Origin: Candidatus Bathyarchaeota archaeon
Lineage (GTDB): Archaea; Thermoproteota; Bathyarchaeia; Bathyarchaeales; Bathycorpusculaceae
Length of the DNA: 64,000 nucleotides
Reading direction: 5' to 3'
Assembly: GCA_963775895.1 (NCBI GenBank)
Contig: CAVZKL010000019.1
Coordinates: 1 to 64,000 of the forward strand
The notes under the pieces are model-generated. The model did not search any database. It saw nothing but the letters and a program-made list of their open reading frames with translations, and was not told the origin of the DNA. This document shows positions 43,249 to 53,716 of this stretch, piece after piece (within the stretch, counting starts at the first letter, position 1; each line of letters begins with the position of its first letter). The position numbers and the translations under genes are program-made.

Positions 43249-43485
43249 CTATTCTCCAGTCACGATTTTTTTCAAAAGCGGGTTTTCAATGTTCTCCGCG
43301 GAGACTTCTTCAACGTTAGTTATCTTGATGTGACAACGTTTTACACGGTGTCTGCTGCCCAACTCCGCATAAACTTTTTCTCTTGCTTGCTCCGGCTTTT
43401 CGCATAGGATCTCTTTTCTGAATTGAGTTTTCAAGTTGGGCTTAGCTATTTCACCAGTGACTCTGAAGACTTTCAACCCTGTCAT
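43249..43485 (-). CDS. rpl18a: 50S ribosomal protein eL20 (LX/L18Ae)
   Basis: FRV.G, A.EKVYAELGSRHRVKR. Confidence 0.92.
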   Translation of the reverse strand: MTGLKVFRVTGEIAKPNLKTQFRKEILCEKPEQAREKVYAELGSRHRVKRCHIKITNVEEVSAENIENPLLKKIVTGE

Positions 43486-44158
43486 CCTCTTTTACAACAT
43501 CCAAGGCATTCCCTATTATAAATATCTCGGGTCCTGTAGTCAACAATCCTGCAATGGCTGCGTGACTGTTAGCGATCAAGCCTGTTCCCACGTAGGGTAT
43601 GCCGCAGTTGATCGTGCCGACATCAACGGGAACCTTCAGTACGTTCTCGAGAACCTGGCGCTCCGAATCCTTCAGCAAAGGATGAGCCAGGACTCCTTTG
43701 TTCGTCGCCACGCCCAGTGAACCAACGTAAGGTAGGTCGGCGATTTCTCCTCGCACCGCTTCAACACACAGTGTTTCAGAGATTTTCTGAACGTCAGGCG
43801 TTTTCAAACGCGGATCCACGATAGCTCCATGATCATTTGCAAGAACGAGGTTTCCATATGCTGTTTTTCTGGTGTCCATCACGGTTATGTTTCCTTCGAA
43901 ACATCGGTGGATAGCTTCAACTTCTTCTTCCCTGGCGAAGCTCGGGAGCAGGATTCCGTTCGAGTTTGCACAGGCGAGTGCCCCGACGAGAACCGATCCG
44001 CCGATTGATGTGTGGACGAGTTTGACTTTCAGCCATTCGCTCAGCCTCTCAGCTTTCTTGAGCGGCACCGAGCCTGGAACGATGAAAATTCGGTCCGTGA
44101 CTAATGAATAGACACCTATGCTTGCGCTTCCAACGATGCCCGACAGGTAAATGGCCAA
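43451..44158 (-). CDS. eif6: translation initiation factor aIF6
   Basis: IGVY, NSNG, GNLVLAND.G, GTIN.G.PYVG.GLIAN, TTGPE. Confidence 0.94.
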   Translation of the reverse strand: MAIYLSGIVGSASIGVYSLVTDRIFIVPGSVPLKKAERLSEWLKVKLVHTSIGGSVLVGALACANSNGILLPSFAREEEVEAIHRCFEGNITVMDTRKTAYGNLVLANDHGAIVDPRLKTPDVQKISETLCVEAVRGEIADLPYVGSLGVATNKGVLAHPLLKDSERQVLENVLKVPVDVGTINCGIPYVGTGLIANSHAAIAGLLTTGPEIFIIGNALDVVKEDDRVESLQSHW

Positions 44159-44161
44159 GGA

Positions 44162-44669
44162 TCAATCTCCTTCGGCCAAGTAAACAGTCACGTTACCTTC
44201 CTTGTCTTTTGCTGCGCGAACCCGGATTTTTCTCGGAGGCTTTTCGATGCCTCTTGTCCACATTCTCTCGTTTACCTCATTGCTGATGACGAGTTTGCCA
44301 GGTTCTTCTTCCTCTCCGGTTTCTGTTTCTTTTTTCGCTCCGAGCTTCATGTGTTTGATTATGAAAGCCCTGAGTATGCGAACCGCCCTTGGCGTTCTCT
44401 TGTTGGGCGGCATAATCCAAGCCTTGCTAAGAGGAACAGTGTAGGTCCGCTCTTCAACGATTTCTTCTTCCTCTTTCTCCTCTTTCGGAGGTTTGACTTC
44501 TTCTTTTTCCTCGACCGCGGGCAGTTCTTCCTCTTTCTCTTTTTCCTTCTTCTTCTGGAGTCTCTTCTAGGGCTTCTTCAAGTTCTTCGTCACCAAGTTC
44601 TTCCTCTTCCGTAGCCTCTACTGGTTTTTCTTCTTTCTCTTCAGTCTTGGTTGTCTGTTCTTTTTCCAT
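44162..44669 (-). CDS. rpl31e: 50S ribosomal protein eL31 with acidic N-terminal extension (frameshift ~44540)
   Basis: EERTYTVPL, RTPRAVR, VNERMW.RGIEKPP.KIRV. Confidence 0.9.
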
Positions 44670-44681
44670 CAGCTTCTTCTC

Positions 44682-44837
44682 CTATGCTTTCAGTTTTCTT
44701 GTTCGCCATTGTCTCTGTTTGGGATGTGACCTGAATTTTCCGCTTGATCTGGCTATGACCCATGTGGGAACCGGTTTCTTCTGTTTTCCTGCTTTCGCCA
44801 GTCTTCTTTTTTTGGCTGTCGGCTTGTTTCGAGTCAT
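44682..44837 (-). CDS. rpl39e: 50S ribosomal protein eL39 (51 aa, below the ORF-track cutoff)
   Basis: [51 protein letters not shown]. Confidence 0.95.
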   Translation of the reverse strand: MTRNKPTAKKRRLAKAGKQKKPVPTWVIARSSGKFRSHPKQRQWRTRKLKA

Positions 44838-44840
44838 TTT

Positions 44841-45170
44841 CTATCTCCTCGTTATTTTTGTTTCACGCTTGCGCGATTGGAGTTGGATCAGTATTTTCTT
44901 AAGCTGTTCATCACTCATTGGGATTGGCACTCGTCCTTGTTGCGCCAACTGGATGAGTTGAAGTTCAAGTTGAGACGTGAATTCTGGTTTGATCATTTTG
45001 AGGTTTGCCAGCCTCTGCCTCGCGTCTGGCGAAAGTATGCTTCTCAGCAACGCCTGCTTTTCCTGTTCCATCTGCTCTTCTGCTTGGACGTCCTTCTGCT
45101 CTTCAGAAGCTCGTCTCTGCATAGCTGAAAGTCTTCGTTTCCGAAGTTCTTCCAGCTCCTCGTCGGGCAT
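44841..45170 (-). CDS. PDCD5-like dsDNA-binding protein
   Basis: ELEELRKRR, LLRSIL.PDARQRLANLKMIKPE. Confidence 0.92.
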   Translation of the reverse strand: MPDEELEELRKRRLSAMQRRASEEQKDVQAEEQMEQEKQALLRSILSPDARQRLANLKMIKPEFTSQLELQLIQLAQQGRVPIPMSDEQLKKILIQLQSRKRETKITRR

Positions 45171-45171
45171 G

Positions 45172-45639
45172 CTACTCACCTTTTTGGTACTTCTGTAGTT
45201 CTGGGAGCTCCTTCACCATTTCCGTTCCGACTTCTTCGGCCACTTCTTTGAGAAGTTTTCTTCCAGCTGGCGTCATTCGTCTCCCGCGGGCCTTGACCAT
45301 TTCAATGTAACCGGCGGTTTCCAGCTGCTGTATGGCTTTTCTTATGACTGAACCGCCTGATTTTGATGCGTGATGAGGCTTCACACCCGTGCTTTTTCTT
45401 CCACCATAATCCGCCCTCAGTTTCTCCAACCCTATCGGGCCATGAACGTATATTTTACGCAGAATAGAAGCGCACCTGACGTACCACCAGTTCGGGTTCT
45501 GGGGCTGCGATTGAACGTGACTGCCCGTTTTCACGATGCTAGTCCATACGGGCGGTGTGACGGCGTCCACGTTTTCCTTCAAGTATTTCGCTAGTCTATC
45601 GATGAACATAGATACTGAGACGTCATTGGGGGTTACCAA
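45172..45639 (-). CDS. rps19e: 30S ribosomal protein eS19
   Basis: VKTG.H, WWYVRCASILRK.Y, YGGRK, QQLE.AG. Confidence 0.96.
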   Translation of the reverse strand: MVTPNDVSVSMFIDRLAKYLKENVDAVTPPVWTSIVKTGSHVQSQPQNPNWWYVRCASILRKIYVHGPIGLEKLRADYGGRKSTGVKPHHASKSGGSVIRKAIQQLETAGYIEMVKARGRRMTPAGRKLLKEVAEEVGTEMVKELPELQKYQKGE

Positions 45640-45683
45640 TATTCATTATCCCTTTGAGTTTTCGTTCAGTAGAATCATGAAGC

Positions 45684-45694
45684 TAAATATAAAG
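45684..45694 (-). promoter_or_regulatory. TATA box for the rps19e operon
   Basis: CTTTATATTTA on the minus strand about 45 nt upstream of the start. Confidence 0.5.
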
Positions 45695-45917
45695 ATTCTT
45701 TGGCTGCAAACTTGCACTGCTCGTGAGACCTTCGAGACCTCTTTCTCTGTCTCAAATTTCGATTTTGAAATGGTCGATGTGATCGGCAAACGGGTAGAAC
45801 ATCGAACGTCGAAGGTCAAGAAAAAGACTGGTTCAGCACGGTCAGATTGTTGTAAACGGAGTTGTCTTATCAGAAAACATATTTTGTAATGTCGCATATA
45901 GAATTCGGGAGACGACA

Positions 45918-46688
45918 ATGAAGAAACGCATACAGCCTCACATAATGTGCGGTGTTGGAGATGTCGCAAAATACGTCTTGATTCCTGGAGATCCGAAGAG
46001 AGTTGAAAAGATTGCTGTCTTCTTCGATGAAAGCTCGATAGTCGCAGACAATCGCGAGTTCGTGACGTGCACCGGCAGCGTCGGCGGTATACGTATATCC
46101 GCTTGTTCAACTGGAATAGGCTGCCCCTCAGCGGCAATAGCCGTTGAAGAACTCGCAAACATAGGAGCTCAGACCTTCATCCGAGTCGGAACTGCAGGTG
46201 CTCTTCAATCCCGCATTAAGACGGGTGACATCGTGGTCGCGAGCGCCGCGGTGCGGGCAGATGGAACCTCAAGAAACTATGTTCCAGTCGAATATCCTGC
46301 CATAGCAGATTTTGACGTCACTCAGGCCCTGCTCCAGGCCGCAGAAGGAACGAAAAGAAAGGTTCATTTCGGACCAGTCGTAAGCTCAGATTCTTTTTAT
46401 GGTGATCTGGACAATCTGAGACGCTGGAGCAGTCTGAACGTGTTGGCTGTTGAAATGGAATGCTCCGTTGTATTCACTCTTGCGATGCTCAGAAGACTGA
46501 CGGCCGGAGCGATATTGGCAGTTGATGGTAACCCGTTGATGGGGGTGGGAAAAGGCGAATTCGAGCCTGGTGAAAAAAGCGGAGAAATGGATGAACGAGT
46601 TCAAGATTCGATCAAAGCTGAGATACAGATCGCCATTGAGGCAATCAAGTTGTTAGAAAACAAATCAAAATCCAAGCTGCGCAAGTAG
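45918..46688 (+). CDS. uridine/purine nucleoside phosphorylase (PNP/UDP family 1)
   Basis: PGDP.R, NREF, STGIGCPS, RVGTAG, SSDSFY, VEME. Confidence 0.9.
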   Translation: MKKRIQPHIMCGVGDVAKYVLIPGDPKRVEKIAVFFDESSIVADNREFVTCTGSVGGIRISACSTGIGCPSAAIAVEELANIGAQTFIRVGTAGALQSRIKTGDIVVASAAVRADGTSRNYVPVEYPAIADFDVTQALLQAAEGTKRKVHFGPVVSSDSFYGDLDNLRRWSSLNVLAVEMECSVVFTLAMLRRLTAGAILAVDGNPLMGVGKGEFEPGEKSGEMDERVQDSIKAEIQIAIEAIKLLENKSKSKLRK

Positions 46689-46739
46689 CACGCTTCAATG
46701 ATCTCCTTAAGTGCCAAAAGAATCCTGAATTCGACAGTG

Positions 46740-47666
46740 TTATTCTTTTTCGTAGGGTTTGTAGTCGCTGGGTGGAATCCTCTTTCTGACAAAGCCTGCC
46801 AGCACTATTACGGTGAGTATGTAAGGGATTGCCAAGATGATCTGGGGTGGAAGAAGTCCCGCGCCCTGGAGTCGCATCTGAAGAGCGTCTGCAAAGCCGA
46901 ACAGCAGGCCAGCTCCCAATGCTCCCACGGGCATCCATCCGCCAAGGATCATTGCGGCGAGGGCGATGAAACCCCTGCCTCCCGTCATTCCTGAAACGAA
47001 GAAATTCAATTGCCCCAACGACAGAAATGCGCCTCCGAGAGCAGTCAACATGCCGCTTATCATGAGGCATAAATACTTTGTACGGTAAACATTTATCCCG
47101 GCAGTGTCTGCTGCCGCTGGATGTTCACCAACGGCCCGGATTCTTAGCCCCGTCGGAGTTTTGAACAGAAAGACGTACGTGAGCACCACTAAAATCAACA
47201 TAATGTATACCAGCGGAGTTTGTGACCCAAGAATGTCGCCTAGGATTGGCACGTCTTTCAAAAGCGGAATCGATATCGTGCCTAGCCCGTTTACGCTTTG
47301 CGATGCGCCTCTTGATCCCCAGATTACTTGGGACAGATAAGGCGTGATGCCCAGAGCGAGTATGTTAATGCCTGTGCCACTGACGATCTGGTTTCCGGCA
47401 AATTTAACAGTCAAAACTGCGAGAAGAAGACCTAGCAGACCGCCAACAAGCACGGCCGCAAACACTCCGATCCAGGGATTGCCACTGTAGAAAGTGGCCA
47501 GCACGCCCGTGAAGGCTCCGGTCAACATCATTCCTTCCAAGGCTATGTTAATAACGCCAACCCTTTCGGAGAAAATTCCACCTAACGCGGCAAAGACCAG
47601 GGGAGTAGCCATCCTCAAAGCCGCTGCAAAAAGTCCGACATTGATAATGTCAATTATAGTCACCAT
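46740..47666 (-). CDS. nucleoside ABC transporter permease (CUT2/NupC-like)
   Basis: SERVGVINIALEG, GLRIRAVGEHP.AADTAGINV, GRGFIALA. Confidence 0.9.
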   Translation of the reverse strand: MVTIIDIINVGLFAAALRMATPLVFAALGGIFSERVGVINIALEGMMLTGAFTGVLATFYSGNPWIGVFAAVLVGGLLGLLLAVLTVKFAGNQIVSGTGINILALGITPYLSQVIWGSRGASQSVNGLGTISIPLLKDVPILGDILGSQTPLVYIMLILVVLTYVFLFKTPTGLRIRAVGEHPAAADTAGINVYRTKYLCLMISGMLTALGGAFLSLGQLNFFVSGMTGGRGFIALAAMILGGWMPVGALGAGLLFGFADALQMRLQGAGLLPPQIILAIPYILTVIVLAGFVRKRIPPSDYKPYEKE

Positions 47667-48862
47667 TAGGAGCCACCTCTCCGTAAAATCCGCTTGACCT
47701 TCTGTGGAACTGCTCGAATTCTTGTCACAAGAGGCTTGATCAATCGCGGAGTTGCCAAGCCTTTGCTCGAGAGATAGCTGATTAATCGGGGAGCTGCTAC
47801 AAAAAGCACGACCAGTCCTTGAAGAACTGACACGATGTCGATAGGAACGCCGGTGATTGTGTTCATCGTCATGCCGCCAGCTCTTAGAGCCCCAAACAAG
47901 ATTGCTGCAAAGACCGCGCCTATCGGGTTCAGTCCGCCGATCAAGGCCACGGCCAGCCCGTCGAAGCCGTAGCCTGGGGAGAAGCCGTCTATGAAGCGCC
48001 GGTGAACGCCAAGTATTTCTCCTGCTCCGCCCAGTCCTGCTAAGGTTCCACTGATGACGAAGGCCAGGACCATCGTTTTTTTCACGTTGATGCCATTACT
48101 TTCAGCGGCTGGCGTGTTTAACCCGATGGCTCTCACTTCGTAGCCCAGAACCGTCCTGTTGAGCATGAGCGCCACGATCGCGGTCATCGCTATCGCGATG
48201 AAAATGGAAGCTGACAGCTGTGTCGGCGCAAGGATGCGTGGCAGTTCGGCTGAAGGCGCTACAAAAACGGTTTGGGCTACCCAACCTGGTGGTGCTTTAA
48301 ATGGATAGTTCACCATGTAACTGGTGATGTATAACGCTACGTAGCTTAACATCATGCTTGTGATGACTTCGTGCGCGCCAAGCCTTGCCTTCAGAATACC
48401 TGGGATGAAACCCCAAAGTGCTCCTCCAGCCGCGCCGGCCAATAGGGCCAGTGGCAGATGAACGTACGTTGGCAGGTCGCTGAAGTATATTCCGACCAGC
48501 GCAGCGGTGAACCCACCGATTAGCAGCTGCCCTTCCGCGCCAATGTTGAAGAGCCCGCATTTGAAAGCGAAAAGAAACGCCAAAGCCGTAAAGATTAATG
48601 GTGTTGCCTTCGTAAGAGTTTGCCCAATGCCGTAGACATCACCAAATGCTCCTGTCAATACAGCCATGTACGCGTTGATTGGCGAGTATCCCGTTGCCCA
48701 GAGCACGATTGCTCCAACCAGGAAAGCGAGAAGGATGGCAATTATCTGGGGGACAGCATTGCGGAGTCGCCTACTGACGGCAGTTACCCAATTAAGCCCC
48801 ATTTTGCCTAACCGCAGCCTGATCTTCTTGCTCTGTTTGGCTGGTTCAGTCATTTTTGCCAC
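47666..48862 (-). CDS. nucleoside ABC transporter permease (CUT2/NupB-like)
   Basis: GLFNIGAEGQ, GYE.RAIG.N, GYGFDG.AVAL. Confidence 0.9.
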   Translation of the reverse strand: MAKMTEPAKQSKKIRLRLGKMGLNWVTAVSRRLRNAVPQIIAILLAFLVGAIVLWATGYSPINAYMAVLTGAFGDVYGIGQTLTKATPLIFTALAFLFAFKCGLFNIGAEGQLLIGGFTAALVGIYFSDLPTYVHLPLALLAGAAGGALWGFIPGILKARLGAHEVITSMMLSYVALYITSYMVNYPFKAPPGWVAQTVFVAPSAELPRILAPTQLSASIFIAIAMTAIVALMLNRTVLGYEVRAIGLNTPAAESNGINVKKTMVLAFVISGTLAGLGGAGEILGVHRRFIDGFSPGYGFDGLAVALIGGLNPIGAVFAAILFGALRAGGMTMNTITGVPIDIVSVLQGLVVLFVAAPRLISYLSSKGLATPRLIKPLVTRIRAVPQKVKRILRRGGS

Positions 48863-50363
48863 CAGTCATGAGAAGGCCGAGTTCGAATTCGTTCGTCTTG
48901 CTGCATTCTCTAACCGCCACGATTTGGCCTTCGTACAACACTGCGATTCTGTCACTCAAGGCGAGAACTTCTTCAAGATCTGCCGATATGAGTAGAATGG
49001 CGCATCCTTGGTCTCTCATCTCTACAAGCTTTTTGCGAACGTATTCGGTTGCCCCAACATCCAGTCCACGCGTTGGTTGAGAGGCGATGACGAATTTTGG
49101 TTTTCTGCTGAACTCTCTTGCCAGGACGATTCTTTGCTGAGTGCCCCCCGACAAATGTCTCACAAGGGTGTTCCTGCTCGGTGTTTTTATCGAATACTCT
49201 TGGATTAGACCGTCTGAAAAGCTTGAAGCCTTTTCAAGGTTCAATGTAGCCCATCGCGTTGCAAAGGGAGGTTTGTCTTGTTGTCCGAGTATTAGATTCT
49301 CTGAGACCGAGAAATCGAGGACCAGACCTCTCTTCTGCCTGTCTTCCGGCACATCGGAGACTCCCATGCCTATGCGTTCATGAGGCGAGGCATTCGTTAT
49401 ACACGTTCCCTCAAGACATACTTTTCCTGACGTGGCTTCTCTCAATCCGGTCAGGACTTCAACGAGCTCCGTCTGCCCGTTCCCTTCTACGCCAGCTATC
49501 CCGAGAATCTCAGATTCGTGCACTTCAAAAGATAACTCCTTCAGGGCCAGCAGCTTCCTATCGTTGAATGCTTTTAAGTTCTCAACTTGCAGGACAGTTT
49601 TTCCTGGCGCTGCCTGTTCCTTGTCAATGGTGTAAAGAATCTCCCGACCCACCATCATGGCGGCAAGTTCTCTCTGGTCAGTCTCACTTGCCTCCACGGT
49701 TCCTGCGACTTTTCCTCTTTTTAGAACCGTGATTCTGTCGCATATTGCGCAGACCTCTTTCAGCTTGTGGGTTATGAAGATGACGGCTTTTCCCTGCTGT
49801 TTGAGAGCCCTCATCGCTTCGAACAAGCTCTCAACTTCTTGCGGTGTAAGAACGGATGTGGGTTCGTCTAATATGAGGATTTCAGCTCCTCGATAAAGAG
49901 CCTTTATAATTTCAACTCTCTGCTGGGTACCAACCGGAAGATTGTAGACTAAGGCTTTAGGATCCACTTCCAACCCGTAGCTTTTTGAAATAGCTTTGAT
50001 ACTGGTGACTATTTTGTTCATGTCCAGAAGGATTCTGCGTCTAGCAGGTTCTCTGCCTAAAACTATGTTTTCTGCAACTGTGAGGCTTGGAACCAGCATG
50101 AACTGTTGATGGACCATTCCTATGCCGAGTTTTATCGCCGTTGCAGGGTTATCGATCTTTACCTGTTCTTCGTTTATGAAAATCTGTCCTTCGTCTGGCT
50201 TGTACAGTCCGTAGAGAATGCTCATGAGCACGGTTTTCCCGGCCCCGTTTTCTCCGAGTAAGCCGTGTACCTCTCCTTTTCTCACGTCAAAATTTACTTT
50301 GTCGTTTGCTGTTGTGCCAGGGAAATTCTTGGTGATGTTCACCATCCTGACGGCTGTGCTCAT
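48846..50363 (-). CDS. nucleoside ABC transporter ATPase (two NBDs, NupA-like)
   Basis: GENGAGKT, GMVHQ, LDEPT, GVEGNGQ, LSGG, PTRGLDVGA. Confidence 0.92.
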   Translation of the reverse strand: MSTAVRMVNITKNFPGTTANDKVNFDVRKGEVHGLLGENGAGKTVLMSILYGLYKPDEGQIFINEEQVKIDNPATAIKLGIGMVHQQFMLVPSLTVAENIVLGREPARRRILLDMNKIVTSIKAISKSYGLEVDPKALVYNLPVGTQQRVEIIKALYRGAEILILDEPTSVLTPQEVESLFEAMRALKQQGKAVIFITHKLKEVCAICDRITVLKRGKVAGTVEASETDQRELAAMMVGREILYTIDKEQAAPGKTVLQVENLKAFNDRKLLALKELSFEVHESEILGIAGVEGNGQTELVEVLTGLREATSGKVCLEGTCITNASPHERIGMGVSDVPEDRQKRGLVLDFSVSENLILGQQDKPPFATRWATLNLEKASSFSDGLIQEYSIKTPSRNTLVRHLSGGTQQRIVLAREFSRKPKFVIASQPTRGLDVGATEYVRKKLVEMRDQGCAILLISADLEEVLALSDRIAVLYEGQIVAVRECSKTNEFELGLLMTGGKND

Positions 50364-50401
50364 AGATAAAAAGGAGGAGAGGAACTGAGTTAAGCCTTTT
50401 G

Positions 50402-51595
50402 CTATGAGAATGCTGATGGAACCGTGATGTTTCCTGAGATTATTCTGTCCCGTGCGTCCGTCAGTTTCGTCAGTACATTTGCTGGCAGTGGTGTTTCGGT
50501 GAAATTGAATGTACTTTCCCACAATGGTTGCTCTTCAGGCAGTCTGCTGCATCCTGTCCATCCTTCTGCTACTCCCTTGTCGTAGACTCCGCCTTTGAAG
50601 CCCCCAGTCTTAAGGTTGGGGAAGAGTTTGGATATCACTGCTGCTTCTACCATTTCGAAAACTGCTTCGTCGACTCTCTTGGTCGCGCTGGCCACAATAC
50701 TCTGTGGATTCGTGTACAGATAGTCTTGGCAAGAATCCACGCCGAACCCGATTTTTCCCTGCTCGTTTATTGCTTGCAAAGCACCAAGTCCGCTCTTACC
50801 AGCAGCTGCGAAAATCGCGTCAGCCCCTTGCCCAATCAACGCCAAGGCCTCTTCGTGAGCTGTGTTAGGATCTGACCAACCGCCAACGAACGACGGAGAA
50901 ACCACAGTTGCGCTGGAATTTGCCCACATCACTCCTGCTTGATATCCGTCAAAGAAGTCTCTGATCAAGGGTATGTCCATGCCTCCGATGAAACCGACCT
51001 TTCCCGTTGAAGTCATCATTCCGCTCAGCACGCCTACTAAGAACGATCCTTCGTTTGCTTTGAAGAGAAGGGAGGCAACGTTCGGCTGATCGACTTCCAT
51101 GTCAACTATGGCGAAGTTCTGGTTCGGATATGCTATTGCTGTCTTGTTAAGAGCATCCGCCTGATCGAAGCCGATGCAGACTATCAGGGCGTATTTGCCG
51201 GTTTTTGCATAGTTCACCTGATCACCTTCATAGTCCGCTATGGCTGCCGGTGACGCGTAGTCAAAGGTGATGTTGAGTTCAGTTTGGGCACGCTTTAGGC
51301 CTGCGAAGGCGATGTCATTAAAGGATTTGTCGCCAAGGCCCCCTGTTGCTAGAACAAGGGCGATTTTGATATTCTGCAAAGCTGCGAGTTGTGCAAGAGC
51401 TGCGGTGAGATTGCCATTGACGTTGTTGTAGTTCGTCTGCAGGGTGTTGAAATCGTGTTTTGCAAGTTGTCAAAATCAGTTTTGCTGACGTAGTCTGGTC
51501 CGGGTGTTCCTGCGGGTTTTACGACCCATACGATTCCTGCTCCAATCACTAAACCGATCAGTATTGCTACGATCGCAATTGCGTATGCTTTTCAT
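50402..51595 (-). CDS. BMP-family nucleoside-binding protein with N-terminal TM anchor and coiled-coil stalk (frameshifts ~51590, ~51445)
   Basis: GGLGDKSFN, F.ANEGSFLVG, AAGKSGLG, GVDSCQ; upstream frames give AYAIAIVAILIGLVIG anchor. Confidence 0.88.
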
Positions 51596-51723
51596 TTTTA
51601 CTCCTCACACTAATGTTGGTTGATTGCGTTTTAAGACTTTTGTCTACGCAACGCCTATTTGGAAAGTGGTCAAAAATACGCCTGAAAGAATGGAAAGAGT
51701 GCCTTTGTCTCATTGCCTAGAGC

Positions 51724-51987
51724 TCAAACGTCGCCAGAATCCTTGATCTTGAGATCTTCGTAGGGAGCTGCAACTCTTCTGTAGAATTCGAGTTTGATGC
51801 ATTCTAGGACGCCTATTGCCTTGTTGATGTGATAGTACCGGAGGGGATAAATCGATTTGAGAATTTTCGTCATAACGTAATTCAACTCTCCATCCACTTC
51901 CTCTGGGGGCAAAGCCTTCAGGGTGTCTACGAGTTCCTGCAGGGTTTTCTCGTATTTTTTTCTGTTCTCAGGTTTTATGTAGGGCAA
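51724..51987 (-). CDS. small conserved protein resembling the DUF6899 family
   Basis: PYIK, GELNY.MT, GVLEC.KLEFYRR.AAPYED.KI..SGDV recognised from memory. Confidence 0.7.
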   Translation of the reverse strand: MPYIKPENRKKYEKTLQELVDTLKALPPEEVDGELNYVMTKILKSIYPLRYYHINKAIGVLECIKLEFYRRVAAPYEDLKIKDSGDV

Positions 51988-52112
51988 GGCTATCACTTCT
52001 CTGTTTTATCTAAACCAATAGGACCTTTATTAACCGTTGTTGCAGCGGCATTTGTTTGCGTTTCTAAAAGTGTATAAACAGATGATCATTATTGTTAGGC
52101 AGGAGTTCAGAC

Positions 52113-53498
52113 ATGTTAGCAAGCTCAAGACGATTGTTTGGTACAAACGGCATCAGAGGAATAGTCAACAAGGAGCTAACGCCTCAGATCGCCACGCAAG
52201 TTGGAGTTGCTGTTGGAACTTTCTTTGGACACGGAAATCTTGTGGTAGGTTATGACGTCAGGACCAGTAGCCCCTTGCTGGCTCAAGCTGTGATTTCAGG
52301 CTTAAATTCAACAGGCTGCAACGTGCTGCTGGCTGGAATGGTTCCCACCCCCGCGCTACAGTTCTCTGTGAGGAGTCACAAAGCCGACGGTGGCGTCATG
52401 ATAACGGCGTCCCACAACCCTGCTGAATACAACGGTATCAAAGTGATCTGGAATGACGGAATTGAACTGGCGCGAGAACAAGAGATCAAAATCGAGGACG
52501 CATACTTCAACAACAAGATTGATTTTGCTGAATGGAATGAGCTTGGGAAAACACGGAACCTGAAAGGAATAGTGTGCGAGTACATCGCTGGAGTGAAGAA
52601 GCACGTGAACGCGTCGGCGATAATGAAGAAACGTTACCACGTTGCGGTCGATGCAGCAAACAGCGTTGGCGGTCTGACGGGGCCGCGGCTGCTGCGCGAA
52701 TTAGGCTGCAAGGTGACTGGAATCAACACCAAAATGGACGGCACATTTCCAGGAAGGCTTCCTGAACCAAGTCCGGGGAACCTCGGCAAGCTTGCTTCAA
52801 CCGTGAAAAGAGTGAGAGCAGATCTTGGCGTGGGTTTCGACTCGGATGCTGATCGAGCGGTCTTTGTCGATGAGAAGGGCAGAGTCATTACGGGGGACGA
52901 GAGTTTCGCTTTGACTGAAAAATACTTTTTGATGGACAATCCAGGCGAAAAAGTCGTCACATCGATCAGCTCATCAACCATGATAAAAGACGTTGCCGAC
53001 GAATATCATGGAGAGGTCGTGTGGACCAAGATCGGAAGTGTGACTGTTTCACAAACCATGAAGAAAGTCAAAGCCAAACTCGGCGGGGAAGACTACGGTG
53101 GAATCTTCTACGGACCCCACCAACCTGTCAGAGATGGTGCCATGGCAGTCGCACTGATTCTTGACATAATGGCGAGAACAGGGGAGAAACTCTCCTCGTT
53201 GCTCGGCAAACTTCCTAAATACTTCATTGGAAAGGGAAGGATAGAATGCGCCGAACAACTCAAACAACGCGTGTTGAAAGAACTCGTTCAACAGGCAGAA
53301 GGATTGAATATCAACACTCTTGACGGCATCAAAATTTTCTTCGAGGACAAGAGCACCATACTGGTAAGGCCCAGCGGAACCGAGCCCGTGTATCGGATTT
53401 ACGCAGAAGCGAAAACCGGCAAGAGGGTCGCGCAAATCGTTGAAGAATACAGTGAGAAAGTCAAGAGAATAATCGAAAAGCTCGCCGCTGAACGATGA
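52113..53498 (+). CDS. alpha-D-phosphohexomutase superfamily protein (GlmM/PMM/phosphopentomutase-like)
   Basis: FGTNGIRG, TASHNP phosphoserine, DSDADR metal loop, RPSGTEP. Confidence 0.9.
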   Translation: MLASSRRLFGTNGIRGIVNKELTPQIATQVGVAVGTFFGHGNLVVGYDVRTSSPLLAQAVISGLNSTGCNVLLAGMVPTPALQFSVRSHKADGGVMITASHNPAEYNGIKVIWNDGIELAREQEIKIEDAYFNNKIDFAEWNELGKTRNLKGIVCEYIAGVKKHVNASAIMKKRYHVAVDAANSVGGLTGPRLLRELGCKVTGINTKMDGTFPGRLPEPSPGNLGKLASTVKRVRADLGVGFDSDADRAVFVDEKGRVITGDESFALTEKYFLMDNPGEKVVTSISSSTMIKDVADEYHGEVVWTKIGSVTVSQTMKKVKAKLGGEDYGGIFYGPHQPVRDGAMAVALILDIMARTGEKLSSLLGKLPKYFIGKGRIECAEQLKQRVLKELVQQAEGLNINTLDGIKIFFEDKSTILVRPSGTEPVYRIYAEAKTGKRVAQIVEEYSEKVKRIIEKLAAER

Positions 53499-53716
53499 TT
53501 GTGTTTCAAGAAACTGCGGCCTAGAGCGTTTATCCTGTTTTCTTCAGATTCTCTTCGCGCGCGCTTCGCATCGCATAATACTCGCTTACGGCCAAAGTCT
53601 CGTTGCTCACTCTAACACGTTGAGAATAAAGCGCACGCCATCTCTCGTGACGTCTTGGCAAATTGCGCTGAAGAACAGGTTGCAATTCTCATAGTTGGCC
53701 ACCAAGCGCGCGCGTT

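Noticed and set aside
44454-44669. Purine-rich repetitive tract as a tandem repeat or CRISPR array
   Set aside because: It encodes the Glu/Lys-rich eL31 extension; no repeat-spacer periodicity was seen here or elsewhere in the window
48846-50522. 558-aa ABC ATPase with a long N-terminal extension
   Set aside because: The extension overlaps the BMP gene; the family-typical start MSTAVRM is at 50363
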